Part shown: positions 13,301-24,212 of the stretch, one piece after another | How the letters are laid out: each line of letters opens with the position of its first letter | How positions within the stretch are numbered: position 1 is the first letter of the stretch | NCBI RefSeq assembly: GCF_033153115.1 | Contig: NW_026889765.1 | Location: forward strand, 1,054,001-1,118,000 | DNA from: Saccostrea echinata | Lineage: Eukaryota | Reading direction: 5' to 3' | DNA length: 64,000 nt | The notes under the pieces: generated by a model | The model's input: the letters and a program-made list of their open reading frames with translations, nothing else | Database searches by the model: none | Told to the model about the DNA's origin: nothing | Made by a program: the position numbers and the translations under genes

Positions 13301-15080
13301 TGACTAAAACTCGGTTGTTGATCATAATATTTTGCATGGCCCTATCAAATTTCCGTCCAGTGTCAGATATCCACTGTGACGAAGACAAGATAGAGCGACA
13401 CAAATAAAAGTTCGTGAATTTCAACGATACAATGTTCATTGATGTTGATATGGGATAGTAGTATCGTAATGTAAAAAAAAAAAAAAGATAACTAGTAAGT
13501 CCATTTATTTTGCTTCCAAATTTAGATTGTTTTTACCTGTCCTGCAATTAAAATCGAAAAAAATATCCCCATTATATTTTCATTGTGCTGGCCAGTATCA
13601 CCGTTTGTTGAATAATTTCTTCTGGATGCCCTCACCAAACTTCCGTCCAGTGTGTCAGTTTCACTGTGACGAAGGACTGACAAGGACAAACAAGAATCGG
13701 TTTGGTTATAATTTTTGAATTTTTGCTTACTAATTTCCTACACGTCCCCATGAATATCACTTTGACAAATGCATTCCCAGTAGGAAGGGGAAAGGTAAAA
13801 AAACAACAGCTGAAATGCGTAGTATATAAATTATTTCCTGTCCTTTTTCAGAAGAAAAATTACTTGCATATCATCATCATTCGAAAGTTGAATATTTTAT
13901 GTCCGTATGACCCTATCAAACTTCCGTCCAGTGTTCCAATATCACTGTGACAAATGGATGACAGGGTCTTACAGATGGTTATATACATGTAGTTTGCTGT
14001 TGATAAAACCAAGGAGTATTTATTTTCACCTAATACACAGCTAAAACTCTGTTGTTGATCATAATATTTTGCATGGCCCTATCAAACTTCCGTCCAGTGT
14101 TCCAATATCACTGTGACAAATGGATGACAGGGTCTAAGAGATGATTATATATCATGCTGTTGTATGATACAAGCTTAGGGTATTAATTTTTATCTAATGC
14201 ACGGCTAAACTCGGTTGTTGACCAAAATATTTGCATTGCCCTATTAAACTTCCGTCCAATGTCAAATATCCACTGTGACGAAAACATGGTAGAGCGACAC
14301 AAATAAAAGTTCGTGAATGTCAAAGATGCATTGATGTTGGAAATGAAATGGCAGTTCCTTAATGTACAAAAATACATACTAGTAAGTCAATCAATTTTGG
14401 CTCCAATCTTGATCGTTTTCTACCTATCCTGAAATTAAAATGGAGATTTATGGAAAAAAAAAGCAATAATTAATCAATGATCAATAATTTGATTGTGCTA
14501 GTAGATTTCACCGTATTGTTGAATATTTTTTTTCTGTATGCCCTCATCAGACTTCCGTCCAGTGCGTCAGTTTCACTGTGACGAACGCATGACAAAGACA
14601 AACAAGACTTAAAATTAATTCTATATTTTTAACTATTTGCTCATCTGTATCTTCCCGCGAAGGTCACTGTGACATATGAATATACCTTGGGAGGGGTCTA
14701 AAAGTAAGGTCAACTACCGGTTACCAAAAAGATAATTAATTCATTCATTTCATGTCCATATGACCCTATCAAACTTCCGTCCAGTGTTCCAATATCAATG
14801 TGACAAATGGATGACGGGGTTTTACAGTCACCTTCTCATATGGCTTATAGCTGAATAATTCAGGCATTTTGTATTAATCCTCATCTAATGCACAGAAAAA
14901 ACTCGGTTGGTGGTCATTTTGCATGGCCCTATCAAACTTCTGTCCAGTTTCAAATATCCACTGTGACGAAGACAAGATAGAGAGACACAAAATGTTCATA
15001 AACTCTGATGTGAAGGGCTATCCTTTATATTTGTATTGTTTTCAATGCTACCATGTGTGCTGTTGAATATTTTCTCCTGT

Positions 15081-15342
15081 TTTTTGTTTGTTTATTGTTT
15101 AACGTCTCTCTCGAGAATTTTTCACTCATATGGAGACGCCACCACTTTTTGACCTACACTCGGCACTCAGGGCCATTGAGCAGTAAGGGATCTTTTTCGT
15201 GCAAGCATCTACTGCGACACGGGACCTCGGTTTTTACGGTCTCATCCGGTCTCCACGTCCCACAGTAGGATTCGAATTCGCGACGTAAGGATCAACTCCT
15301 TATTCCGAGACTCTAGAGCGAACGCTCTAACCACTGCGCCAC
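15081..15342 (-). mobile_element. tRNA-derived SINE (Deu/Nin-domain type) inserted in the miRNA array
   Basis: On the minus strand: A-box TGGCGCAGTGG, B-box-like ATTCGAATCC, central GGATGAGACCGTAAAAACCGAGGTCCCG…AAAGATCCC and an A-rich (AAAC)n tail. 13-bp TSD TATTTTCTCCTGT (15068-15080) / TATTTTCTTCTGT (15343-15355). Confidence 0.88.
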
Positions 15343-15960
15343 TATTTTCTTCTGTATGCCCTTATCAGACTTCCGTCCAGTGTGTCAATTTCACTGTGAC
15401 GAACGAATGACAAGGACAAACAAGAATCAACTTGGGCATATTAATTGCTTACTCAAGATTCTGTATTCCTATCTCACCATGAATGTCTGAATGTCACTTT
15501 ACCAAATAAAATTGGTGGAGAGGGGAAATGGTAGAATAATCTAACTGACATTGAACATGAATGATTTCTTACCCAAACAGAATAAATGACATGTCATCAT
15601 CATTAAAAAGTTGAATATTTCATGTCCGTTTGACCCTATCAAACTTCCGTCCAGTGTTCCAATATCACTGTGACAAATGGATGACAGGGTCTAACAGCAT
15701 GCTGTTGTATGATAAAGGCAATAACTAGTCATCTTCATATGACTGAATAATTCACGCATTTTGCATTTATCTTCATCTAATGCACAGAAAAAACTCGGTT
15801 GGTGGTCATTTTGCATGGCCCTATCAAGCTTCCGTCCAATTTCAAATATCCACTGTGACAAAGACTAGAGAGACACAAAATGTTCGTGAACTCTGATGTG
15901 AAGGGGTATCCTTGAAAATTTGTATTGTTTTCAATGATACCTCCTTGCTGTTGATATTTT

Positions 15961-16038
15961 CTTCTGTATGCCCTTATCAGACTTCCGTCCAGTGTGTCAG
16001 TTTCACTGTGACGAACGAATGACAAGGACAAACAAGAA
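15961..16038 (-). ncRNA. mir-184: Representative type A pre-miR-184-like hairpin (mature 3p at 15991-15970, UGGACGGAAGUCUGAUAAGGGC)
   Basis: 5p arm CCUUGUCAUUCGUUCGUCACAGUG, loop AAACUGACA, 3p arm CACUGGACGGAAGUCUGAUAAGG. The G-U wobble pairs form only on the minus strand. Confidence 0.88.
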
Positions 16039-17432
16039 TCAATTTCGTTAAGTACTACTTTTTATTTTATTGTATTCCTTTATCCTCGTGAACGTCTGAA
16101 ATTCACTGTGACAAGTGAATAATTTGTGGTGAAGGGGAATGGTAGAATAAACTAACTGAAATTAAACAAAAATGCTTTTTTATTTACCCAAACAGAATAA
16201 ATTGCATAAATTGCCATTTAGAAGATGAATATTTCCTGTCCGTACGACCCTATCAAACTTCCGTCCAGTGCTCCAGTATCACTGTGACAAATGGATGACA
16301 GGGTCACACAGCATGCTGTTGTATGATAAAGGCAATGACTAGTCATTTTTCATATACTGCATTGCTACATGTAAAACTCGGTTGTTGATGGTAATATTTT
16401 GCCTGGCCATATCAAACATCCGTCCAGTGTCAGAAAGGCAAGACAGAGCGACAAAAATAAAAGTTCGTGAGTTTCAAAGTTACATTGATATTGAGTTAGA
16501 AGTACCCTAATGTAACAAAAAAATGAATACTAGTAAATCCATCTATTTTGTTTCCATTGTAAATTGTTTTTACCTATTATGCAATAATCGAAAGAAAAAA
16601 TACCCGTATTTTTTCACCGTGCTGTTTTCTGTATGCCCTCATCAGACTTCCGTCCAGTGTGTCAGTTTCACTGTGACGAATGACAAGGTCAAACAAGACT
16701 TAATTTTATATTTATAACTACAAGTATTTGCACATCTGAATCTCCCCGTGAAGGTCACTGTGACATATAAATATTGGGAGGGGTCCATAAGTAAGGTTAA
16801 CTTACTAAAAAGATAATTAAATTAATTTCTCGTCCGTATAAGCCTATCAAACTTCCGTCCAGTGTTCCAACATCACTGTGACAGATGGATGAGGTTCTTA
16901 CAGTCACCTTCTCATATCTTTTATAGCTGAAGAATTCAAGCATTTTGCATTTATTTTCATCTAATGCACAGAAAAAACTCGGTTGGTGGTCATTCTGCAT
17001 TGCCCTATCAAACTTCGGACCAGTTTCAAATATCCACTGTGACGAAGACAAGAAAGATCGACACAAAATGTTTATGAACTCTGATATGAATGGCTATCCT
17101 TGAATATTTCTATTGTTTTCAATGATACCTCCTTGCTGTTGAAATTTTCTTCTGTTTGTCCTTATCAGACTTCCGTCCAGTGTGTCAGTTTCACTGTGAC
17201 GAACGAATGACAAGGTCAAACAAGAAATTAATTTGGTTATCTTTTTATAAATTGCATACTGTATTCCTATATCCTCATGAATGTCTGAATTTCACTGTGA
17301 CAAGTGAATAATTGGCGGTGAAGGGAAATGGTAGAGTAATCTAACTGAAAATTCAAATTGAACTAAAATGATTCTTTATCCAAACAGAATAAATGACATG
17401 TCATCATCATTTACATGTTGAATATTTCATGT

Positions 17433-17504
17433 CCGTATGACCCTATCAAACTTCCGTCCAGTGTTCCAATATCACTGTGACAAATGGATGACAGGGTCTT
17501 ACAG
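17433..17504 (-). ncRNA. mir-184: Representative type B pre-miR-184-like hairpin (mature 3p at 17460-17439, UGGACGGAAGUUUGAUAGGGUC)
   Basis: CUGUAAGACCCUGUCAUCCAUUUGUCACAGUG-AUAUUGGAA-CACUGGACGGAAGUUUGAUAGGGUCAUACGG folds into a long stem-loop. Confidence 0.85.
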
Positions 17505-17591
17505 ATGATTATATAGTATTGTGTTGTTAAAACCAGTGAGTATTTATTTTCATCTAATATACAGCTAAAACTCGGTTGTTGATCATAATAT

Positions 17592-17665
17592 TTTGCATGG
17601 CCCTATCAAACTTCCGTCCAGTGTCAAATATCCACTGTGACGAAGACAAGATAGAGCGACACAAA
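17592..17665 (-). ncRNA. mir-184: Representative type C pre-miR-184-like hairpin (mature 3p at 17620-17599, UGGACGGAAGUUUGAUAGGGCC)
   Basis: UUUGUGUCGCUCUAUCUUGUCUUCGUCACAGUG-GAUAUUUGA-CACUGGACGGAAGUUUGAUAGGGCCAUGCAAA folds into a long stem-loop. Confidence 0.85.
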
Positions 17666-19949
17666 TGAAAGTTCGTGAATTTCAAAGATACGCGTACAAT
17701 GTACATTGATGTTGAGATGGGATAGCAGTAAAAAAAAAAAGATTACTAGTAAATTCCAATCTATATTGTTTTTCACCTATCTTGCAATCAAAATCGAAAA
17801 AATATCACCATATTAATATTTTCACTGTGCTATCCAGTATCACCGTATTGTCGAATATCATCTTCCGTATGCCCTTATCAGACTTCCGTCCAGTGTGTCA
17901 GTTTCACTGTGACGAACGAATGACAAGGGCAAACAAGAATTAATTTGGTTATCTAACCTAACTGAAATTAAATATGAATTATATGCTTTTTCTTACCCAA
18001 ACAGAATAAATGACATGTCATCATCATTTAGACGTTGAATATTTCATGTCGGTATGACCCTATCAAACTTCCGTCCAGTGTTCCAATATCACTGTGACAA
18101 ATGTATGACAGGGTCTTACAGATGATTGCTGTTGATAAAACCAACGAGTATTTATTTTCACCTAATACACGGCTAAAACTCGGTTGTTGATCTTAATATT
18201 TTGCATGGCCCTATCAAACTTCCGTCCAGTGTCAAATATCCAATGTGACGAAGACAAGATAGAGCGACACAAATAAAAGTTCATGAATTTCAAAGATACA
18301 ATGTACATTTCATGTTGAGATGGGCGCAGTACCGTAATGAGAAATAAAATGAACACTAGTCTAGTAAACCATCTATTTTGCTTCTAGTGTAGAACCCTGC
18401 AAATCAATATCGGAATAAAGGAAAAAAATACCTTTGTTTTTTCATTGTGCTGGCCAGTATAACCGTTTGTTGAATATTTTCTTCTGTTTGCCCTCACCAA
18501 ACTTCCGTCCAGTGTGTCAGTTTCACTGTGACGAAAAAATGACAAGGTCAAACAAGAATGTTTATATTTGCCCATTTGATCAGATTTCTAGAGTTTTTAT
18601 GTAACTGTGTCGTATAAATGACAGAAAGTTAAAAAGCTGTGCAAAGGATAATTTTCATTTTTAACAAAAGAATGATTTGTAGTAAATACATCAAGATAAA
18701 AATGATTTATGGTTTTGATAACCTCTTCTTCCAGTATTTGAAATACCGATATATCTTCCCATAATATTAAATCGAAGACATTCCGAAAAAAGCTGCGAGC
18801 TTTTTTAATTAGCCAGATAAAATATTTTATTGAATTTTTTATGCCCCCACCCTTGTTTTAATGTTAAAAACCTCATTCTTCATAACATTTTAAAATATTT
18901 ATAAGACGGTTGTGGAAGGTATTATTTTGAAATTAAATATGCAGAGTTTGTTATAATCAAAGACCCCGCCCTTTCAAAATTTTCCAACGATGAAAAAAAA
19001 ATGAAATGTAGTTCAAATCTCTGAGTACTCATTAAGTCATGTCATACTTATTTTCTTTTAGCTTTGGGTTTTGATTTATCCATGTTAAAATTTATTCGCG
19101 TTCAGATTTTCGAAATAATAAATTTCAAACGTTTGGATTGAAATCTATCCGACAAAATAAATCGAACGTTGTTAGGACTTCATTATATGAATGAAGTAAG
19201 AAGCAGGCGATACATGTGTTTACAACAAAAGCCGCTAAAGAGCCATAACTAAATCTTAAAAAAAAAGAAGTTATTTGCGATATATTCACGCTGCGTTATG
19301 TGGATTTTCAAACTTGTTTCTAATTTAACACAAAACTACAGGACTTGTATAATCCTCGTTTTTCGCATTCATCACGGAAAAAACTAGATAAAAAAAGGTC
19401 ATGTACTTACTATTTTGTGTGAATTTCTATTGATTATGATAAATAAGTATACATGTATTCTTCAAGGATGGAATGAAAAACAAATTCACTCAAGAGATTA
19501 TATAGTTCTTTGATGAGTAAGAAATTAAACTACTCAAGCTCTAATTAGCTGCTTGTAATTAAATGAAAGAGGTAATAGGTACCTGGACACAACAACGAGT
19601 ACTCCAAAGGAAAGAAGATAATTGCTATGAAAACATCATGATTGCTTAATTAAGGGGATTTCATTTTCACACAATTTTGATAAAATTATCAATTATCGTT
19701 ATTAATAAAATAAAAAATTGTTAAAGAGGTAAATGGGATTTTGATTTCTATAAGTGGAGGTGATATTTGACAATTAATAAAATTTTGAAAGAAAAGATTG
19801 AAAAATAATATTCTACATTAAAGGTATAACAGAATATTAAGTTTATACTATAGTAAAGAAATTATAATGAACAATGAAAATGCCGATAATTCAATTTTAC
19901 CGTTCTCTTTATTTGAAATAAAGATGAATCGAGACAAAGTATAATTAAG

Positions 19950-20249
19950 CAGGCGCGGATCCAGGAATTTTTTTCCATGGGGGGGGGGGGGGTCCATACC
20001 AATCAAAAAAAATTCTGACCCAAAAATTTCTTGACAAGCCAAAAAAAAAAAAAGAAAAAAAAGAAAATGTAAAATCCATTTTCAAAACGTGAAAAACACC
20101 TATTTCGTGATGGTGATGGTGGGGTTCACGTTTTCTGGGGGGGGGGGGGGTCCAAAGTCATTTTTTTATTTGCTTCAGTATATACCTTAAATAACTCTGC
20201 AAATTCCAGGGGGGTCCGGACCCCCGACCCCCCTCTAGATCCACGCATG
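19950..20249. mobile_element. Poly-G MITE with a 6-bp TSD
   Basis: TIRs CAGGCGCGGATCCAG…CTAGATCCACGCATG, flanked by a direct ATTAAG duplication. Confidence 0.7.
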
Positions 20250-22050
20250 ATTAAGTTACATGTACCTCTGCTATTATGACATTTCGTATAATAATTGGGA
20301 CATCTAGCTTCATTTTTATTTTAGCCTCAATTGAATTAATTCAAAAGTGTACGCCTATGGAGCAGCTTATAAAATAGTTGATTTAGTGCCCTTTGATAAA
20401 CTTCGATTATATAACAGAGATGTATTCATTCATAATTGGTAAATTAGTTTTGGATATTCTGGCCGTTTTCTTCTCTAAGTGCCAATATATATTTTTTTTC
20501 TGCTGAATAATGGGTTACTGATGTAAATAAAACACATAGGGGGAGTCTGTTGATTATTATATGTACATCTCTTGGGCAATATATAATTCTGTATTTTCAA
20601 GAATTCCGTACATTGACGATCAATGATTGGGGTGTTTTGTAAATTGAATTTTACCAAATTTGGTAATGACCTGATGAATACCAGACCTAGGTGCTTCCTT
20701 CACATAGGAACTCGGGAACAGCGGTGGAAGTTTACTCGGGCCGCACTTCTCACTCGCGGGACACCGTGCTTAACCCTGGCACGTATAAAACTTGGGTCAG
20801 TCATATAATCCATGATTGTTTGGATTTTGAGGGATACGAAAAAAGGAAATTTACTAATACAGGACTCGATTGGAAGGGATTTGTGTGATACTCTGTGTAT
20901 AAGTTAAGGAGAAAAAAATGAAAAGGACTAGTACCTTCACAGGAGGTAAAGAATCAGAATGCAGATCTCAGATTTTCAAATCGACTCAAGAGAGCAAATT
21001 TATAAATAGCAATGAAGATCATCTTCGCAAGAATTTATCACTTGGGTGTGTATAACAACAAATGATCTTCTGTAAGTGGCACTTTTAAGTTTGTTCGATT
21101 TCAACGATCGACAATGATTCTACATGGAGTGGGTTGTCGAACCTTTCGTCCCAATCCTCGAGTCCAAGATTTGGGGGATGTCATTCAAATGAACAGGATC
21201 ACGAGACAAAAGCTAAAGATAAGTAAATACCACGTCAGCCACAAGTCTGTTAATGATGAGGGCGAAGAAATGTTGGTCCCAGATGCTGGGTACCTAAAGG
21301 TAAATGTGTTCGAATGGCTGCCTGTTTTACGTATTTTTGTGGCGGACCCTGGGGGGTATATTGCTTCATAAGAGTAATTTACTCCAAAAGCACATTATAA
21401 CTCCTTTATGTAGAAATGATAAATATTTTAGTCCAGAAAAGAGGCAGGGGGGATTTCTTGGATCATACACAGTTACCCTATACTCTTTCATTAAAATCCA
21501 GCATTGCCTAGAAACTTATGAGGAAGGATGTACGCATATTGATGCTTTATACACTGTACATCCAAAGCACCGATTGCATGTACAATTTTTTTCCTCTCAA
21601 TTTTTGTTCTATTAAAAATTCATTGCAAAAAATATCTTTCAAAATTCTTGTATAAAAGATTAAAACAATTTCAAATTATAGTTTGAAATTGTAGTAAAGA
21701 AGAAAACTATTCCAAAAATTATATTTTGGTCTTAGTCGTAAGTTTTTGCGTTAGACAGGGCCCAACATTGCAAACTACATGTAAGTGGTTACATTTGAAG
21801 ACTTGAATGGAATCATCTGTGATCGGTCGCAGTCCATAGGCATATGAAGGGGACCTAGACTCTCCCTTTTTAAAGATTTCAAATTGATGCCTGATCTTAC
21901 TTGTTGAATATTAAGATAAGGTTCACTTTTTAAAAGTTACAACCTGTACAGAAATTGAAGATATAATTGTCCGTCGACCCTGTCCTTTCAGCTAAGTGCC
22001 TAGAGAAAAATCAAAGTACTGTGAGTACTGATAGACGGTGGCATGAATGA

Positions 22051-22216
22051 TTTTGTTTGTTTAACGTCCCTCTCAAGAATTTTTCACTCATATTAAGACA
22101 TCACCATTGCCGTTGGTGGGCTGCAAATTTAGATCTATATTCAGCACTCCGGGCCATTGGGTAGTGGGGGATCTTTTTCTGACCAGCACTTACTGCGACA
22201 GGGGACCTCGGTTTAA
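22051..22216 (-). mobile_element. 3' fragment of the same SINE family as 15081-15342
   Basis: Aligns by eye to 15090-15235 (TTTAACGTCCCTCTCAAGAATTTTTCACTCATA…TACTGCGACAGGGGACCTCGGTTT). Confidence 0.75.
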
Positions 22217-24113
22217 CTGTTTTCAATTCGTACACACGGCTTTTTTTTAATGTTGTGTTAATGTAAAATTTCAATAATATTTATTAATAGTCAGAATATT
22301 TGAGGGAAAAAATATTTGAGGATAATGGTTTCACATTTTAACTCCGAAATCAAATAATTATAATTGCTAAACACACGCTCGGCGGTTTCTTAGTTACATA
22401 TATGCGACAAACACTAATTACGAGACGTTCCCAATTTGATACTCCCTAATTACGAGATACTCCATGCTAGGAAAGCGTCGATCTCCAAATTTCTCCAATT
22501 CCAAAATATAGTTCGAGGACTGCACATTCCTTGTTCCGGAATTGCATGTTTTTAAAATGTTTTATTTGAGACGTTTTGTGGAATTTTTATACAATAAAAC
22601 TTTAAAAGTTAATTGTAATTTTACGATGTCTTTTGATTGTTTGAATTTCTATCATCTCTTGACGATACTATATTAGAAAGATATTTATTTTAGGAAAGAA
22701 TAAAAAGATCACGACACCTTAATCAGTTAATAAAAGAGTTGTTGGAGGCAGATACGATGCCATAAAATTTGCAAAGTTTATTACGATTCTATCTATAAAA
22801 AAGTAAGCCATTGCCTAATTATCTCGAACACAAAAACTACTGAACGAATGCTAATTTATCAAAACTAAAATTAAAAAGACTGTGACGGACAAAAGTTACC
22901 TATATATTTCATTCGTATTTGAAAATGCTATCGTGCCTCGATTAAAATTTACCCTTTAAAAAGTTTAAGAAAAAAGGTACTCAAATGCATGTGCATGAAA
23001 TATTAGGATTTTCTTGCGAATTCAGTGGGTTTAATTTAGGTCAGTCTTCTCCTGCATGTGTTCACAAATTAAATTTCGTATTGCGCAATGACTAGCAGGC
23101 TCATTGTATATTAAGATTACGTATGAGAAATAGCATCGTCGCAAACCACGGCCAAAATGTGCGATCTCCCATTCTGGAGAGAGCTATATGCGGACTCCGA
23201 ACCGTGGTTTGAAACGACGGATAAATAGAAGCTGACAAATATTTTTGTTATTTTGTTCTTTTTTTTCTTTTCGAACAGTATATATCAAACAAAAAAGTAA
23301 GACTTCTGTACAATGTCGCACAATCTGCAGTACATAGCCAAAAGTGATTCATCATTTCCCTCTTTACCATATACTTTATGAAAAGTAAGTTTTTGTTAAA
23401 AAAATACACGTATTGTGGGTTCAATTCTACTTAAAATTTTAAAAACTTTTCGATAAGTTTCGAAAAATTGTTCATATTCCCTGGGGGGGGGGGGGGGGCA
23501 AAATTTGATTATTGATCACTGAGTAAAGATCTGAAATTATAAAGTCAAAATTTTTAGCTTCAAAACCCACGATTTCATTACTCGTTTTTTGTAAATCATG
23601 CATCTTGGAATAAAAAAGTTCAGTCACTACATGAATATATTAGGAACCTTGATTCCCTTATTAATTAACATTTAGGATAAACTGGTTTTGACACGTTTTA
23701 AGCAATAATTTATGGGGAAAAAATACTAAAACATGAGGATCCCAAAATCCATTATTTGAATATATAATTTCAATCTGTCCATCATCCTTAAATATGTTTT
23801 CATTTTAAATTTGCAATTATGACTGTATACCACAATCGTACATATAGAAAAAAACTGAAATGATTGAACTTCCGTTTCTGGCATTTCAGCATACTTTATT
23901 TTTTCTTCAAACCTTATTTTATAATAAACCTAATGTGGAAAATTTCATGCAATAAATTGTTTAACAACTTTGATTAATATATGTCCTCATCATACTACGG
24001 AAATATAAATTTACTTATTAAAAGACCTGTATCGTGAAAAATTGCAATAAACTTTCAAAATTTCCATCATATCATTTTACAGATTCTTACAACATTTATC
24101 TCATTCAAAGCCA

Positions 24114-24212
24114 GTATCCGTGTGGCGTAGTGGTTAGAGCGTTTGCTCTAGAGTCACGGACATGAAGGAGTTGATCCTTACGTAGCGGGTTCGAATCCCA
24201 CTGCGGGACGTG
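24114..24212 (+). mobile_element. Isolated tRNA-like head of the same SINE family
   Basis: GTGGCGTAGTGGTTAGAGCG…GGAGTTGATCCTTACGTAGCGGGTTCGAATCCCACTGCGGGACGTG matches the 5' end of the SINE at 15342-15255; A and B boxes are intact. Confidence 0.7.

Larger units (their letters stand above)
10851..18556 (-). ncRNA. mir-184: Tandem supercluster of 36 miR-184-family pre-miRNA hairpins (12 type A, 11 type B, 12 type C, 1 C/B hybrid)
   Basis: The type A 3p arm on the minus strand, UGGACGGAAGUCUGAUAAGGGC, matches canonical invertebrate miR-184 (UGGACGGAGAACUGAUAAGGGC) at 19/22 nt with an identical seed. Each copy has a complementary 5p arm and a CAGUG/CACUG stem closing a 9-nt loop. Approximate left coordinates. 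A: 11131, 11724, 12465, 12937, 13622, 14534, 15352, 15964, 16629, 17152, 17865, 18484. B: 11401, 12012, 12608, 13205, 13903, 14756, 15626, 16240, 16834, 17433, 18050. C: 10851, 11570, 12178, 12776, 13332, 14231, 14919, 15811, 16399, 16996, 17593, 18201. Hybrid: 14069. Confidence 0.9.

Noticed and set aside
10851-18556. CRISPR-like repeat-spacer array
   Set aside because: The context is eukaryotic, there are no cas genes, the spacers are homologous to each other and variable in length, and the repeats match miR-184 hairpins.
10851-18556. Tandem hammerhead ribozymes or C/D snoRNAs (CTGATAAG and GAAAC-like motifs in type A)
   Set aside because: The CUGAUNA/GAAA-like motifs lie within one long stem-loop without the three-helix junction and are absent from types B and C. 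The pre-miRNA interpretation explains all three types.
11571-18575. Short ORFs with repeated peptides such as MPLSDFRPV and TLDGSLI
   Set aside because: These are translations of the miRNA cores; frames are not preserved between copies and there is no consistent splice pattern.
20623-21615. Protein-coding gene in a moderately GC-richer patch with TATAAAA at ~20784
   Set aside because: Only short overlapping ORFs with no recognisable domain or consistent exon chain.
24114-24212. Functional tRNA gene
   Set aside because: It matches the head of the SINE at 15342-15255, including the non-tRNA insert, and I could not fold a canonical anticodon arm. tRNAscan-SE would settle it.
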